The notes beneath the pieces were generated by a model. The model was not told the DNA's origin. It searched no databases and saw only the letters and a program-made list of their open reading frames with translations. This document shows, one piece after another, positions 18,033 through 28,988 of a DNA stretch of 42,085 nt. This stretch comes from an uncultured Eudoraea sp. (lineage in GTDB: Bacteria > Bacteroidota > Bacteroidia > Flavobacteriales > Flavobacteriaceae), in contig CBDTVT010000001.1 in the NCBI GenBank assembly GCA_965364275.1, positions 1 through 42,085 on the forward strand, given 5' to 3'. The first letter of the stretch is position 1. Each line of letters begins with the position of its first letter. Made by a program: the position numbers and the translations under genes.

Positions 18033-20189
18033 TTACTCTTTAAATTCCTTTATGGCTGCCTTATTTGGCAATTCTTTATAGTTCATATTATAAAGAGTAA
18101 ATGCAAAAATATCGGCATATTGCTCAATTGTTTTACTAACAGGTGTCCCTGCTCCATGGCCGGCGTTAGTTTCAATGCGAATAAGAGTAGGATTAGGACC
18201 TGACTGCTTCTCCTGAAGTTCGGCCGCAAATTTAAAACTATGGGCTGGTACAACACGGTCATCATGGTCTCCTGTTGTAATCAAGGTGGCAGGGTATTCG
18301 ACTCCTTCTTTTACATTATGAATGGGTGAATAAGCTTTCAGGTACTGAAACATTTCTTCACTATCTTCAGAAGTGCCATAATCATAATGCCATCCCGCAC
18401 CTGCAGTGAAAGTATGATAACGGAGCATATCCAGAACACCTACAGCCGGTAGCGCTACTTTCATTAGTTCAGGTCTTTGGGTCATGGTAGCTCCTACTAA
18501 AAGACCACCATTAGAACCTCCTCTTATTGCCAAATTTTCCGATGAGGTATATTTGTTCTCTATAAGATACTCCGCAGCAGCTATAAAATCGTCAAACACA
18601 TTTTGCTTTTTCGTTTTTATACCGGAATTATGCCATTTTTTCCCGTATTCTCCACCACCTCGCAAATTAGGTACAGCATAAACACCTCCTTGTTCCATCC
18701 AAACGGCATTGACAATACGGAAAGAAGGGGTAAGACTTATATTGAAGCCACCGTAGCCATAAAGAATAGTGGGGTTTTTGGAATTGAGTTTTAGTCCCTT
18801 TTTATAGGTTATAATCATTGGGATTTCAGTTCCATCTTTGGAGGTATAGAATACCTGCTTAGACTCATAATCATGGGAATTAAAATCAATTTCCGGTTTC
18901 CAGTAGGGGGAATAATTACCTGTTTCCACGTCGTATTTATAAGAGGAACCAGGAGTGTAATAATTAGTAAATGAAAAGTAGAATTCTTTTTCTTCCTTTT
19001 TACCACCAAAACCATTTGCACTGCCTATACCGGGAAGTTCTATTTCACGTATAAGCTTACCATCATAATCATACTGAAAAACTTTGGATATGGCATCAAT
19101 CATATATTCTGCAAAGAAGTAACCTCCGCCGGTATTTGGACTAAGAACATTCTCTGTTTCAGGAATAAAATCTTCCCAGTTTTCCTGACCTGGGTCTGAA
19201 GCATCTACAGTTATGACCTTCTTATTAGGAGCATCTAAATTGGTAACCATATAAAGCTTTGAGCCTACATTTTCAATGACATTACTATCTGAGTCTTCAT
19301 GATCTAATATGGTTATCAGCTTACTATTCGGCTTTCTCAAACCTTTTATATAAAGTTTATTACCCGAGGTGGAATTTGCAGCTGAAATAAGTAGATAATT
19401 ATTATCCTCAGTCACACTTCCACCTATATACCTATGTTTTTCTTCAGGAATACCTCCAAAAATTAATGCATCTGTATTTTGCGGAGTACCCAACTTATGG
19501 TAATACAGCTTATGCTGATCTGTCTTAGCAGAGAGTTCACTACCTTCAGGTTTATCATAACTTGAATAATATAAACCTTCATTACCATACCAGGAAAGGC
19601 CACTAAATTTTACATCAATTAGGGTGTCTTCAACAATAGTCTTCCCTTCGGTCTCCATAACAATTACCTTCCTCCAGTCACTTCCTCCTACGGAAATGGA
19701 GTAAGCAGCCATAGAACCATCTTTTGTAAAACTCAACCCCATTAATGAAGTAGTTCCATCTTCCGAAAAACCATTTGGATCTAAAAAAACTTCGGCTTCC
19801 TGGTTCTCTTTTTGACGATATACTACATATTGGTTTTGCAAACCATCATTCTTATAAAAATAGGTGTAATCACCCTCCTTGAAAGGGGAACTAAGTTTCT
19901 CATAGTTCCATAGTTGCTCTAATCTATTCTTCAGATCTTTCCTGAACGGTATTTTATCCAAATAGCCAAAAGTGACAGCGTTTTCTTCTTTAACCCATGC
20001 TTCCGTTTCTTCACTCCGGTCATCTTCTAGCCAGCGATAAGGATCGTTAACTGCAGTTCCAAAATAGTTGTCAACGGTATCTGCTTTTTTAGTGGTTGGA
20101 TAATTCACGGCAATGGCATCTTTTTGTTCTGAGTTCTTGCAAGAAATGTTAAAAAAAATAAGAAGTAATATAATCCCAATATTTTTCAA
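18033..20189 (-). CDS. Prolyl oligopeptidase (S9A), lipoprotein
   Basis: Lipobox [32 protein letters not shown] (Ser), DDRV (Asp), AGHG (His); TTG start. Confidence 0.95.
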   Translation of the reverse strand: MKNIGIILLLIFFNISCKNSEQKDAIAVNYPTTKKADTVDNYFGTAVNDPYRWLEDDRSEETEAWVKEENAVTFGYLDKIPFRKDLKNRLEQLWNYEKLSSPFKEGDYTYFYKNDGLQNQYVVYRQKENQEAEVFLDPNGFSEDGTTSLMGLSFTKDGSMAAYSISVGGSDWRKVIVMETEGKTIVEDTLIDVKFSGLSWYGNEGLYYSSYDKPEGSELSAKTDQHKLYYHKLGTPQNTDALIFGGIPEEKHRYIGGSVTEDNNYLLISAANSTSGNKLYIKGLRKPNSKLITILDHEDSDSNVIENVGSKLYMVTNLDAPNKKVITVDASDPGQENWEDFIPETENVLSPNTGGGYFFAEYMIDAISKVFQYDYDGKLIREIELPGIGSANGFGGKKEEKEFYFSFTNYYTPGSSYKYDVETGNYSPYWKPEIDFNSHDYESKQVFYTSKDGTEIPMIITYKKGLKLNSKNPTILYGYGGFNISLTPSFRIVNAVWMEQGGVYAVPNLRGGGEYGKKWHNSGIKTKKQNVFDDFIAAAEYLIENKYTSSENLAIRGGSNGGLLVGATMTQRPELMKVALPAVGVLDMLRYHTFTAGAGWHYDYGTSEDSEEMFQYLKAYSPIHNVKEGVEYPATLITTGDHDDRVVPAHSFKFAAELQEKQSGPNPTLIRIETNAGHGAGTPVSKTIEQYADIFAFTLYNMNYKELPNKAAIKEFKE

Positions 20190-20208
20190 AATAGATATTT
20201 TTAAAAAC

Positions 20209-20216
20209 CAAAAATA
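20209..20216 (-). promoter_or_regulatory. -7 promoter box for the prolyl oligopeptidase gene
   Basis: TATTTTTG on the minus strand about 20 nt upstream of the start. Confidence 0.5.
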
Positions 20217-20279
20217 CCATAAAAAAACCTTTAAGTACTAGTGCACCAAAAGGTTTTAACAGATTTTATAATAGAATCA

Positions 20280-21269
20280 TCAGATGAGTTCTTTGTCCAC
20301 CAGGTATTCAGCTATTTGAATAGCATTTGTCGCAGCACCTTTTCTGAGATTATCGGCAACTATCCACATATTTAGGGTGTTTCGCTGCGTTTCATCTCTT
20401 CGTATTCGTCCTACAAAAACATCATCTTTATCTTGGGCATAAACCGGCATCGGATAAGTGTTGGTATCCGGATTATCCTGTACAACAACTCCCGGGGTAT
20501 TATTCAGAATTCTTCTTACTTCATTAAGCTCAAAGTCGGATTCAAATTCAACGTTAACGGATTCAGAATGACCTCCTGCAGTAGGAATGCGCACGGCGGT
20601 TGCTGAAATTGAAAATGTGCGGTCGTCCAGTATCTTCTGAGGTTCCCTGGCTAATTTCATTTCTTCTTTGGTATATCCATTTTCCATAAATGTGTCACAA
20701 TGCGGCAGGGCATTTCTGTTGATAGGATATGGATATGCCATTTCACCTTGTATTCCGGCCATTTCATTCTCCAACTGTTTTACAGCTTTTACCCCTGTTC
20801 CGGAAACGGATTGATAGGTTGAAACTATTACACGCTTCATTTGATATCTGGCATGCAAGGGTGCCAGCACCATAACGAGTTGAATAGTAGAACAATTGGG
20901 ATTGGCAATTATTTTATCTGCTTTGGTTAATTTATTTGCGTTGATTTCCGGAACGACCAATTTTTTTTCAGGATCCATGCGCCAGGCCGACGAATTATCA
21001 ATTACCGTGGTTCCAGCTGCAGCAAATTTTGGCGCCCATATTAGTGATGTATCTCCACCGGCAGAAAAAATAGCCAAATCCGGACGGGCAGCTACAGCAT
21101 CCGCAAGGCCTATTACGCTAATGGATTGCCCGTTATAGGATATCTTTTTTCCAACAGATCGCTCAGAGGCGACCAATAATAGTTCAGTTATTGGAAAACT
21201 CCGCTCTTTAAGCACTTTTAGCATTACTTCGCCAACCATTCCGGTTGCGCCAACTACAGCTACCTTCAT
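20280..21269 (-). CDS. asd: Aspartate-semialdehyde dehydrogenase
   Basis: MKVAVVGATGMVG start at 21269; IDNSSAWRM, IIANPNCSTIQ, YQSVSGTG, DNLRKGAATNA. Confidence 0.96.
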   Translation of the reverse strand: MKVAVVGATGMVGEVMLKVLKERSFPITELLLVASERSVGKKISYNGQSISVIGLADAVAARPDLAIFSAGGDTSLIWAPKFAAAGTTVIDNSSAWRMDPEKKLVVPEINANKLTKADKIIANPNCSTIQLVMVLAPLHARYQMKRVIVSTYQSVSGTGVKAVKQLENEMAGIQGEMAYPYPINRNALPHCDTFMENGYTKEEMKLAREPQKILDDRTFSISATAVRIPTAGGHSESVNVEFESDFELNEVRRILNNTPGVVVQDNPDTNTYPMPVYAQDKDDVFVGRIRRDETQRNTLNMWIVADNLRKGAATNAIQIAEYLVDKELI

Positions 21270-21288
21270 GTTTTTATTATTTAGTGTC

Positions 21289-21319
21289 CAAAGGTATTGC
21301 AACCAATGTTGATGAACAA
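21289..21319 (-). promoter_or_regulatory. Bacteroidota promoter (-33/-7) for asd
   Basis: Minus strand: TTG (21319-21317), 20-nt spacer, TACCTTTG (21296-21289). Confidence 0.65.
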
Positions 21320-21374
21320 GATTTTTTATTAGAATTATAGAAAAATAACAAATTGTTATAAATAGAACAATTAT

Positions 21375-21419
21375 AAAAAAATGACCACCAATTCAGTTTG
21401 CGAAAACTAATTGGCGGCC
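21375..21419 (-). terminator. Intrinsic terminator after mscL
   Basis: Minus strand GGCCGCCAATT-AGTTT-tcgc-AAACT-g-AATTGGTGGTC followed by ATTTTTTT. Confidence 0.75.
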
Positions 21420-21475
21420 TTTAAGTTAGTATAGTAATGTAGCGGTTACTCCCTTAAAAGGAGTTTAATTTCTTA

Positions 21476-21877
21476 TTATTTTTTTAATAAATCTCTTATT
21501 TGTGTTAATAGTTCTTCCTGACTTGGACCTGAGGGAGCAGGCGGAGCAGGCGGAGTTTTTGTTTTGTTATAGGACTTAACAAGAAGAAACATAACAAATC
21601 CTACAATTAGTAAATTAACAATAGTATTTACCCATGCTCCCCATCGAATTGCATTTTCCGCTACATAGCCAGCTTCTCCTTCAACCCCTGAGGTCTCTGT
21701 TAGGACATATTTTAAATTTGCAAAATCTACACCTCCTGCAAATTCGCCCACGATTGGCATAATAATGTCGGCGACAAAGCCATTAATAACAAGGCCTAGG
21801 GCCCCTGCCATAATTACAGCAACTGCAAAATCAATTACATTACCGGTCATAATGAAATTCTTGAATTCTTTTAACAT
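21476..21877 (-). CDS. mscL: Large-conductance mechanosensitive channel
   Basis: MLKEFKNFIMTGNVIDFAVAVI, DIIMP, ELLTQIRDLL. Confidence 0.96.
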   Translation of the reverse strand: MLKEFKNFIMTGNVIDFAVAVIMAGALGLVINGFVADIIMPIVGEFAGGVDFANLKYVLTETSGVEGEAGYVAENAIRWGAWVNTIVNLLIVGFVMFLLVKSYNKTKTPPAPPAPSGPSQEELLTQIRDLLKK

Positions 21878-21962
21878 GTCATTAGTTTTTAAATGGTTAG
21901 GTAATAAATGTGGTCACAAGATACTCAAAATAACTATTCTTAACAATTTGTTAAATAGTTCA

Positions 21963-23072
21963 TTAGTCTCCTATAATTACCCTTTTTACTCTTTGGGAAA
22001 TACAGCTTAGAAGTTCATAGGAAATTGTGTTTGCTCCGGCTGCAAAAGTCTCTGCAGAATGCTCTTTTCCAAATACAACTACCTCATCACCTTCCTCGCA
22101 TTCAATGCCCGTTATATCTATCATGATCATATCCATACAAACATTTCCAATAATAGGTGCTTCCTTACCGTTTACTAAAACCGAAGCTTTTCCATTGCCA
22201 TATTGTCTTCCAATTCCATCAGCATGCCCAAGAGGCAGAGTTGCAGTTTTTTTGTATCCCTGAGAAGTAAAAGCCCTGTTGTAACCTACACTTTCATTAG
22301 GTTCTATATTGTGTATCTGCGAGATTATTGTTTTTAATGTAGCCACAGGTCGCAACTTAGCATCATACCTGGCTTCATTTCCATATCCGTAAAGGCCAAT
22401 ACCACTTCGCACCATTTGGAATTGTGATTCTGGGAAATTGAATATCCCGGAGGTATTAAGCATATGCATAAATGGACTAATTTTTAATTTGGAAGTAAAT
22501 TCCTCGGCAATCTTTTCAAAGGATTTAATTTGATTTTTGCTAAATTCTTCTTCAGACTTGTCTTCAGAGGCGGCCAAATGAGAAAATATTGATTTTATTT
22601 TCAATTCATCCTTACCCTCAAGCTCATTGGCAATATAGTCAATATCATTTTCCCAAAATCCAAGCCTGTTGAGGCCTGTGTTGAATTTTAAGTGGACAGG
22701 ATAAGCCTTTTGCTTTTGTGCCTTTGAAGCATTGATGAATTCTCGGAGTACTCTGGGGGAATAAAGACTGGGTTCCAGGCAATATTTTATAACCATTGTA
22801 TAATTGGAAGGCTGTGCATGCAATACAAGTATAGGTGTTTTAATTCCCGCCTCCCTTAAAACCTTTCCTTCATAGGCATAAGCCACCGCCATATAATCTA
22901 CTCCTAGTTTCTCCAGTTTTTTTGCAATGATCACGGAATCACTTCCATAGGCAAATGCCTTTACAACAGCCAAAAACATGGTTGAAGGATGTATTTTGGT
23001 TCTAATATAATTGTAATTATGTTCTAAAGCCACAAGATCCAACTCCAGTGTAGTCTCTTTAGCTCTAGGCAT
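21963..23072 (-). CDS. alr: Alanine racemase
   Basis: AVVKAFAYG (PLP Lys), [36 protein letters not shown]; start ATG 23072 (or 23078) overlaps the tdk stop. Confidence 0.95.
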   Translation of the reverse strand: MPRAKETTLELDLVALEHNYNYIRTKIHPSTMFLAVVKAFAYGSDSVIIAKKLEKLGVDYMAVAYAYEGKVLREAGIKTPILVLHAQPSNYTMVIKYCLEPSLYSPRVLREFINASKAQKQKAYPVHLKFNTGLNRLGFWENDIDYIANELEGKDELKIKSIFSHLAASEDKSEEEFSKNQIKSFEKIAEEFTSKLKISPFMHMLNTSGIFNFPESQFQMVRSGIGLYGYGNEARYDAKLRPVATLKTIISQIHNIEPNESVGYNRAFTSQGYKKTATLPLGHADGIGRQYGNGKASVLVNGKEAPIIGNVCMDMIMIDITGIECEEGDEVVVFGKEHSAETFAAGANTISYELLSCISQRVKRVIIGD

Positions 23073-23709
23073 TGGCATCTTTTTTATTTTGCTTTATCTC
23101 CTCAGCTTCTACCTTCATTTTATTAATTTTTTCTTTGAGCATAGCTTTGTAGAATGCAGCCCGGCTTAAAGGTTCGTATTCTTCTGTTTCGCCCAGCAGT
23201 ACCAATTTATCATTATTAGATTTTCTAAAACTATAATTTGCAAGATTGCCGGTACGTGTGCAAATAGCATGAACTTTGGTTACGTATTCCGCAGTAGCCA
23301 TTAAAGCAGGCATTGGCCCGAAAGGATTACCTTTAAAGTCCATATCGAGTCCGGCAACAACAACACGTATCCCCATATTTGCGAGATCATTGCAAACAGT
23401 CACAATTTCATCATCAAAAAACTGAGCTTCATCTATTCCAACTACATCACAGTCGTCTGCCAGAAGTCGGATATTTGCCGCCGCTGGGACAGGCGTGGAA
23501 CGAATTTCATTTTCATCATGAGAGACTACCTTCTCTTCATGATATCTGGTGTCTACAATTGGCTTAAATATTTCTACTTTTTGCTTTGCAAACTGGGCTC
23601 GTTTAAGCCTGCGAATCAACTCTTCCGTTTTTCCGGAAAACATTGAGCCAGAGATAACCTCTATCCAACCGAATTGTTCCTTATGATTAACAGTGTTTTC
23701 GAGAAACAT
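23065..23709 (-). CDS. tdk: Thymidine kinase (type II)
   Basis: [32 protein letters not shown]. Confidence 0.96.
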   Translation of the reverse strand: MFLENTVNHKEQFGWIEVISGSMFSGKTEELIRRLKRAQFAKQKVEIFKPIVDTRYHEEKVVSHDENEIRSTPVPAAANIRLLADDCDVVGIDEAQFFDDEIVTVCNDLANMGIRVVVAGLDMDFKGNPFGPMPALMATAEYVTKVHAICTRTGNLANYSFRKSNNDKLVLLGETEEYEPLSRAAFYKAMLKEKINKMKVEAEEIKQNKKDANA

Positions 23710-23816
23710 TTTGTAATTTTAAACCAAAGTAAGGGGTTTATTCCCTTATTTATGATAACGCAATATAAAAGTATTAAAAAAGATAGACCTTTACTGTTTA
23801 GTCTAAACAAAAAGAA

Positions 23817-24512
23817 ATGAAGCGAAAATTGAAAGAGGAATTAATTAAGATGTCCACAGATATAATTACCTCAAAGGGTCTCACGGAGACGGAGATACCG
23901 GAATTATATGAAGCTGCAAGAAATCTTTACGAGAAATTGGCCGTTCTTAAGTTTATTGATGAAAAACTCAACGATATTGAAATTGACGTGTCCAAAAATG
24001 TTATTGCATCCAGGTTTGAGAAAATGGCCAATGCCGTATTGAATGAAAATAAATCGTTTCCCGAAAACAACCCTCACGACGAAGATATTATTACTCAGGG
24101 AATTGATACCATAAAAGGCATGGTATCTGAAATGCCAAACAATGAGGATAATGACAGGCTTTTTGCTGAATTTGTTGCAAAACCTGAGACCGCGAAGGCC
24201 GATAATAACAAAACCTCGGCAGATATTTCTCAAGCGGTAAAAGAAGCTTCCAAGCCAAAATCCTTGAATGACAAACTCACAAATAAAGAAATAACCGTGG
24301 GTTTAAACGACAGGTTGGCTTTTGTTAAACATCTTTTTAATAATAGCACAGAAGACTTCAACAGGGTAATTTCCCAACTAAATACCATTGATTCTTATGA
24401 ACGATCTATGGCCTTTATTGAAAATATGGTTAAGCCAGATTACGATAAATGGGTGGGAAAGGAAGAATATGAAATCAGGTTCCTGGCTCTTATAGAGCGT
24501 AGATACTCCTAA
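23817..24512 (+). CDS. Hypothetical protein (helical N-terminus, polar linker, conserved-looking C-terminal domain)
   Basis: 231-aa ORF with ATG start filling the tdk-rsmI interval; C-terminal VGLNDRLAFVKHLF motif resembles a Bacteroidota family of unknown function. Confidence 0.75.
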   Translation: MKRKLKEELIKMSTDIITSKGLTETEIPELYEAARNLYEKLAVLKFIDEKLNDIEIDVSKNVIASRFEKMANAVLNENKSFPENNPHDEDIITQGIDTIKGMVSEMPNNEDNDRLFAEFVAKPETAKADNNKTSADISQAVKEASKPKSLNDKLTNKEITVGLNDRLAFVKHLFNNSTEDFNRVISQLNTIDSYERSMAFIENMVKPDYDKWVGKEEYEIRFLALIERRYS

Positions 24513-24593
24513 TTTCTAATATCGGATTAACTGCGATTATAAGAAATGTATATTGCTCATACTACTTCAAAAAGAAGGTAAGATCTTAAAACA

Positions 24594-25271
24594 GTGCTGA
24601 CAGGCAAGTTATTTATTGTTCCAACACCTATTGGAAATTTGGAGGATATTACCTTTAGAGCAATAAAAGTTCTTAAGGAAGTAAACCTGATATTGGCTGA
24701 AGATACTCGTACAAGCATTAAACTTTTACAGCACTACAATATAAATACCCCAATGCAGAGCCATCATATGCATAATGAACATAAAACGTTAGATGGTATT
24801 GTACGAAGACTTAAAAATGGAGAACAAATTGCACTAATTTCCGACGCCGGTACCCCGGCTATTTCCGATCCCGGGTTTTTACTAAGTCGGGCCTGTGTTG
24901 AAAAGGGAATCGAAATTGAATGTCTTCCGGGAGCAACTGCATTTGTTCCAGCACTTGTAAATAGCGGACTTCCCAACGATCGATTTGTCTTTGAAGGTTT
25001 TCTGCCAATAAAAAAGGGCAGACAAACCCGATTAAATGATCTGGCAGAAGAAACTCGAACTATGGTTTTCTATGAGTCTCCACATAAGCTTCTAAAGACT
25101 TTATCACAATTTGTAACCTATTTTGGCCCTAAACGACCAATATCCGTTTCCAGAGAACTTACTAAGATGTATGAAGAAACCATTAGAGGCAATACATCTG
25201 AGGTCTTAGAGCATTTTGAAAGCAAAACACCAAAAGGAGAATTTGTAATCGTGGTTGCTGGAAAAAAATAA
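24594..25271 (+). CDS. rsmI: 16S rRNA (C1402-2'-O)-methyltransferase
   Basis: VPTPIGNLEDIT, AEDTR, SDAGTPAISDPG, FEGFLP, FYESPH, RELTK, KGEFV; GTG start uncertain. Confidence 0.95.
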   Translation: MLTGKLFIVPTPIGNLEDITFRAIKVLKEVNLILAEDTRTSIKLLQHYNINTPMQSHHMHNEHKTLDGIVRRLKNGEQIALISDAGTPAISDPGFLLSRACVEKGIEIECLPGATAFVPALVNSGLPNDRFVFEGFLPIKKGRQTRLNDLAEETRTMVFYESPHKLLKTLSQFVTYFGPKRPISVSRELTKMYEETIRGNTSEVLEHFESKTPKGEFVIVVAGKK

Positions 25272-25329
25272 CCTTAATCTTTCCGGAATCTGATTAAAAG
25301 AATAACAAATTTGCTGTAAGTAAGACAGG

Positions 25330-25920
25330 TTATTTATGTTTCCCCTTTTCCCATCCATATTTACCCAAATAGAGCTCACCACTTTCTACAGCTCCATCCT
25401 CAATTGTTGTTCCCATAGAATCGTTCCAACGGTTTAGGTAACCAAAAAGAGAAATTACTCCTAACATTTCAACAATCTCACCTTCATTCCAATACTTATA
25501 CAATTGATTCTTGATGTTCAGATCCACCGCATTGGGAACCTGTGAAGCGGCCAAGGAAAAATCCAGAGCAACACGTTCAGCTTCCGAAAAGGCGGGATGG
25601 GTTCTGTACTCCCAAATATTATCCAATTGCTCCTGCTCGGCGCCATACCGTTCGGCAGCCCTTATCGCATGAGCCTGGCAATAGCGACAACCAGTTGCAT
25701 TACTGCTGACCCAGGCAATCATTCGTTTAAGGGCAGAAGTAACCCTGCCTTCATTGGCCATAACCGCCTTGTTTAGATTAATAAAAGCCTTGGATATTGC
25801 AGGTCTATGTTGCATGGTGAGCACAGAATTTGGACAAAACCCCAGGGTCTCATTGAAGAATTTTGCTAAATCTTTGGTTTGCTGATCATGATTAGGATTA
25901 AGAGGTTGTACAAGTGGCAT
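25330..25920 (-). CDS. Carboxymuconolactone decarboxylase / AhpD-like peroxidase family protein
   Basis: GCRYCQAH motif; start placed at ATG 25920 (MPLVQPL) to avoid overlap with the osmC-like gene. Confidence 0.88.
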   Translation of the reverse strand: MPLVQPLNPNHDQQTKDLAKFFNETLGFCPNSVLTMQHRPAISKAFINLNKAVMANEGRVTSALKRMIAWVSSNATGCRYCQAHAIRAAERYGAEQEQLDNIWEYRTHPAFSEAERVALDFSLAASQVPNAVDLNIKNQLYKYWNEGEIVEMLGVISLFGYLNRWNDSMGTTIEDGAVESGELYLGKYGWEKGKHK

Positions 25921-25936
25921 AGTGGTAGTATTTTTG
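25906..25936 (+). promoter_or_regulatory. Bacteroidota promoter for the osmC-like gene, overlapping the start of the ahpD-like gene
   Basis: TTG at 25906-25908, 20-nt spacer, TATTTTTG at 25929-25936. Confidence 0.55.
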
Positions 25937-25959
25937 TACTCCACAAGAAACGAAAAATT

Positions 25960-26388
25960 ATGAGCACAACAAATCAAATTACGACCAAATGGTTAGGCAA
26001 TATGGCCTTTGAATGTAATAATCCCTCCGGATTAAATTTAATAATAGATGCTGGCCCTGATGATGGGGGAGAGGGTAAAGGCCTAAAGCCTAAAGCTCTT
26101 ATGCTATCTGCTTTGGCAGGTTGTTCTGGTCTTGATGTTGCAATGCTAATTAAAAAAATGAAACTTGATGTTGAGGACTTTAGTATAGAGACCATTGCTA
26201 ACTTAACAGATGAACATCCCAAATACTATGATGCCGTTACCATAGAATACCATTTTTGGGGCGGGAGCCTGGAAGAAAAAAAATTGCAAAGAGCCGTAGA
26301 TCTTTCAGTTGAAAAGTATTGTGGTGTAATGGAAATGTTCAGGAAGTTTGCAAAGCTTGAAATAAAAACAATATTCCATAAAGATTGA
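25960..26388 (+). CDS. OsmC family protein (YhfA-like)
   Basis: G..PKALMLSALAGCSGLDV and LSVEKYCGV two-Cys pattern; start ATG 25960. Confidence 0.9.
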   Translation: MSTTNQITTKWLGNMAFECNNPSGLNLIIDAGPDDGGEGKGLKPKALMLSALAGCSGLDVAMLIKKMKLDVEDFSIETIANLTDEHPKYYDAVTIEYHFWGGSLEEKKLQRAVDLSVEKYCGVMEMFRKFAKLEIKTIFHKD

Positions 26389-26500
26389 ATCCCCTTCTTC
26401 AGTGTAGCACGGATTGATCAAAATAAAAATAAAAGAGTTATTTCTGCATTTAAGATGCAGGAATTCGTCTTATATTACAATAGACACATAAAGTGGTACA

Positions 26501-28189
26501 ATGCGCTGGACATTAAAACCAAGACAAGATGATGAGCAAATAAAAGCTTTAGCCGAAATACTCAAAGTAGATCGACTGGTAGCTCAATTATTGCTACAGC
26601 GTGATGTTACATCATATGAAGAGGCCAAAAAGTTCTTCAGACCTCAACTCTCCGACCTCCATGACCCATTTCTTATGAAGGATATGGAACTTGCCGTTAA
26701 GCGTATAGAGAATGCAATACTGGCAAATGACAATATCCTTATTTATGGAGATTATGATGTAGACGGAACTACGGCGGTAGCGTTACTATCATCATATTTA
26801 CTTACACTATATCCGAATGTGGCAACCTATATTCCTGACAGATACGCGGAAGGCTATGGTATATCTTATGCGGGAATTGACTTTGCAGAGGACAATAATT
26901 TTGCTCTTATTATAGCATTGGATTGCGGAGTAAAGGCTATCGATAAGGTATCCTACGCCAAGGAAAAAGGAATTGATTTTATCATATGTGACCACCACAG
27001 GCCCGGAAAGAAACTACCAGATGCTGTAGCCGTTTTGGACCCAAAAAGAAACGATTGCACCTATCCATATGATGAATTATGCGGATGTGGTATTGGTTTT
27101 AAACTTATACAGGCACTAAACATTATTAGAGAGGATAGCTTTGATAAACTCATTCCATACCTTGATCTGGTAGCAACTGCCATTGGGGCGGATATCGTAC
27201 CCATAACAGGAGAAAATAGGGTCCTGGCTTATTTTGGGTTAGAGGTGATTAATTCAGCTCCTAGAACTGGTTTTAAGGCAATAATTAAAAACATCCAAAA
27301 GAAAAAACTCACCATAACAGATGTCGTTTTTATAATTGCTCCCAGAATAAATGCGGCAGGGCGCATGAGACATGGTCAATATGCGGTAAATCTATTAATA
27401 GAGCAAAATATGGAGCAGGCAGTTAAATATGCTTCAGAGATCGAAGAATTTAACACTAACAGGAAGGGATTGGACCGGGAGATTACAGAGGAGGCACTTG
27501 CCATGATCCTGCAGAATAAGGAAGAAGATAGATTTACTTCCGTTGTTTATAAAGATACCTGGCACAAAGGGGTCATTGGGATAGTTGCCTCCAGACTTAC
27601 TGAAACTTACTATAGGCCTACATTAGTGTTCACAAAAAGCGGTGATAAACTTGCCGCATCGGCCAGATCTGTCAAGGGTTTCGACGTTTATAATGCCTTA
27701 GAACATTGTGCCGATTCTATTGAGCAGTTTGGGGGACATAAATACGCTGCAGGGCTAACATTAGTTGAAGAACAATATGAAATATTTAAGTCGCAATTTG
27801 AAAAGGTAGTAGCTGAAACAATAGACCCAAATCTCTTGACCCCGGAGATCACTATTGATGCAAAACTCAATTTAGATCAGATAAGTCCAAAACTCTTGCG
27901 TATAATACAACAATTTGGGCCTTTTGGTCCGGGTAATATGACTCCGGTTTTTATGACAGAAAACCTCCGTGATACCGGTTATGCAAAAGGGGTTGGAGAG
28001 GACAATAAGCATCTTAAACTTGCAGTAACTCAGAATGGTTCTGGTTCGGTTGGAGCCATAGGGTTTAATTTGGGGAGTAAGCTTCCGGTTGTTCAAAATG
28101 GAAAACCATTTAGCGCCGTTTTCGCTTTGGAAGAAAATCATTGGAATGGAATTGTTAGCTTACAGTTGAAAGTCAAGGATTTAAGATAA
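26501..28189 (+). CDS. recJ: Single-stranded-DNA-specific exonuclease RecJ
   Basis: GDYDVDG, PDRYAEGYG, DCG, DHH, PRINAAGR, GGHKYAAG, GPFGPGN. Confidence 0.97.
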   Translation: MRWTLKPRQDDEQIKALAEILKVDRLVAQLLLQRDVTSYEEAKKFFRPQLSDLHDPFLMKDMELAVKRIENAILANDNILIYGDYDVDGTTAVALLSSYLLTLYPNVATYIPDRYAEGYGISYAGIDFAEDNNFALIIALDCGVKAIDKVSYAKEKGIDFIICDHHRPGKKLPDAVAVLDPKRNDCTYPYDELCGCGIGFKLIQALNIIREDSFDKLIPYLDLVATAIGADIVPITGENRVLAYFGLEVINSAPRTGFKAIIKNIQKKKLTITDVVFIIAPRINAAGRMRHGQYAVNLLIEQNMEQAVKYASEIEEFNTNRKGLDREITEEALAMILQNKEEDRFTSVVYKDTWHKGVIGIVASRLTETYYRPTLVFTKSGDKLAASARSVKGFDVYNALEHCADSIEQFGGHKYAAGLTLVEEQYEIFKSQFEKVVAETIDPNLLTPEITIDAKLNLDQISPKLLRIIQQFGPFGPGNMTPVFMTENLRDTGYAKGVGEDNKHLKLAVTQNGSGSVGAIGFNLGSKLPVVQNGKPFSAVFALEENHWNGIVSLQLKVKDLR

Positions 28190-28195
28190 AGGTAT

Positions 28196-28963
28196 CTACT
28201 GTCCAAAAGTTTCCAAAGAGAATTTGGTGCCATCAAAGACCCCATAAGTATAATAAGAAATCCAGTCGCCGAGGTTTACATAGGCAGACGTCTCACCTAA
28301 AGTTATTTCAAGAGGTAAATGCCTGTGCCCGAACACGAAGTAATCGTGGTGTTTTTCTTTTAGTTTTCTCATAGAATATTGCACGAGCCATTCTTTATCC
28401 TCACCCAAAAAGTGAGTGTCCTCCTCTCCGGATATTAATTTGTTATTTAAAGAGAAATATTGTGCTAACTTAACTCCCAGATCGGGGTGTAACCAACGGA
28501 AACACCATTGTGCCAACCGATTTGTGAAAAGTTTCTTCATTCGCTTATAACCTTTATCACCAGGCCCTAATCCATCTCCGTGACCAATAAAAAAAGTGGT
28601 GCTATTGATTTTGAATTGTTGAGGTTTATGATAAACAGGAATGTTGAGTTCATTTTCGAAATACCCATTCATCCAGAGATCGTGATTGCCTACAAAATAG
28701 AATATTGGAATTCCTGAGTCTGTAATTTCAGCGAGTTTACCCAGGGTTCGTGTAAATCCTTTAGGAACAACAGTTTTATACTCAAACCAGAAATCGAATA
28801 AATCTCCAAGTAGGAAAATAGCCGCAGCATCCGTCTTCACTTCATCCAACCATGCTACAAATTTCTTTTCCCGGGGAAGACTTTGTTCCCGTGTAGGGGC
28901 ACCTAAATGGTTATCGCTGGCAAAATATACCTTTTTACCTATTGGGACAGAGATGCTTTTCAT
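28196..28963 (-). CDS. lpxH: UDP-2,3-diacylglucosamine diphosphatase (LpxH-like metallophosphoesterase)
   Basis: SDNHLG, GDLFDFWFE, GNHD, HGDG, FGHRH, NLGDW. Confidence 0.85.
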   Translation of the reverse strand: MKSISVPIGKKVYFASDNHLGAPTREQSLPREKKFVAWLDEVKTDAAAIFLLGDLFDFWFEYKTVVPKGFTRTLGKLAEITDSGIPIFYFVGNHDLWMNGYFENELNIPVYHKPQQFKINSTTFFIGHGDGLGPGDKGYKRMKKLFTNRLAQWCFRWLHPDLGVKLAQYFSLNNKLISGEEDTHFLGEDKEWLVQYSMRKLKEKHHDYFVFGHRHLPLEITLGETSAYVNLGDWISYYTYGVFDGTKFSLETFGQ

Positions 28964-28988
28964 TTAGTGTAAAGATACATAAAGCAAC

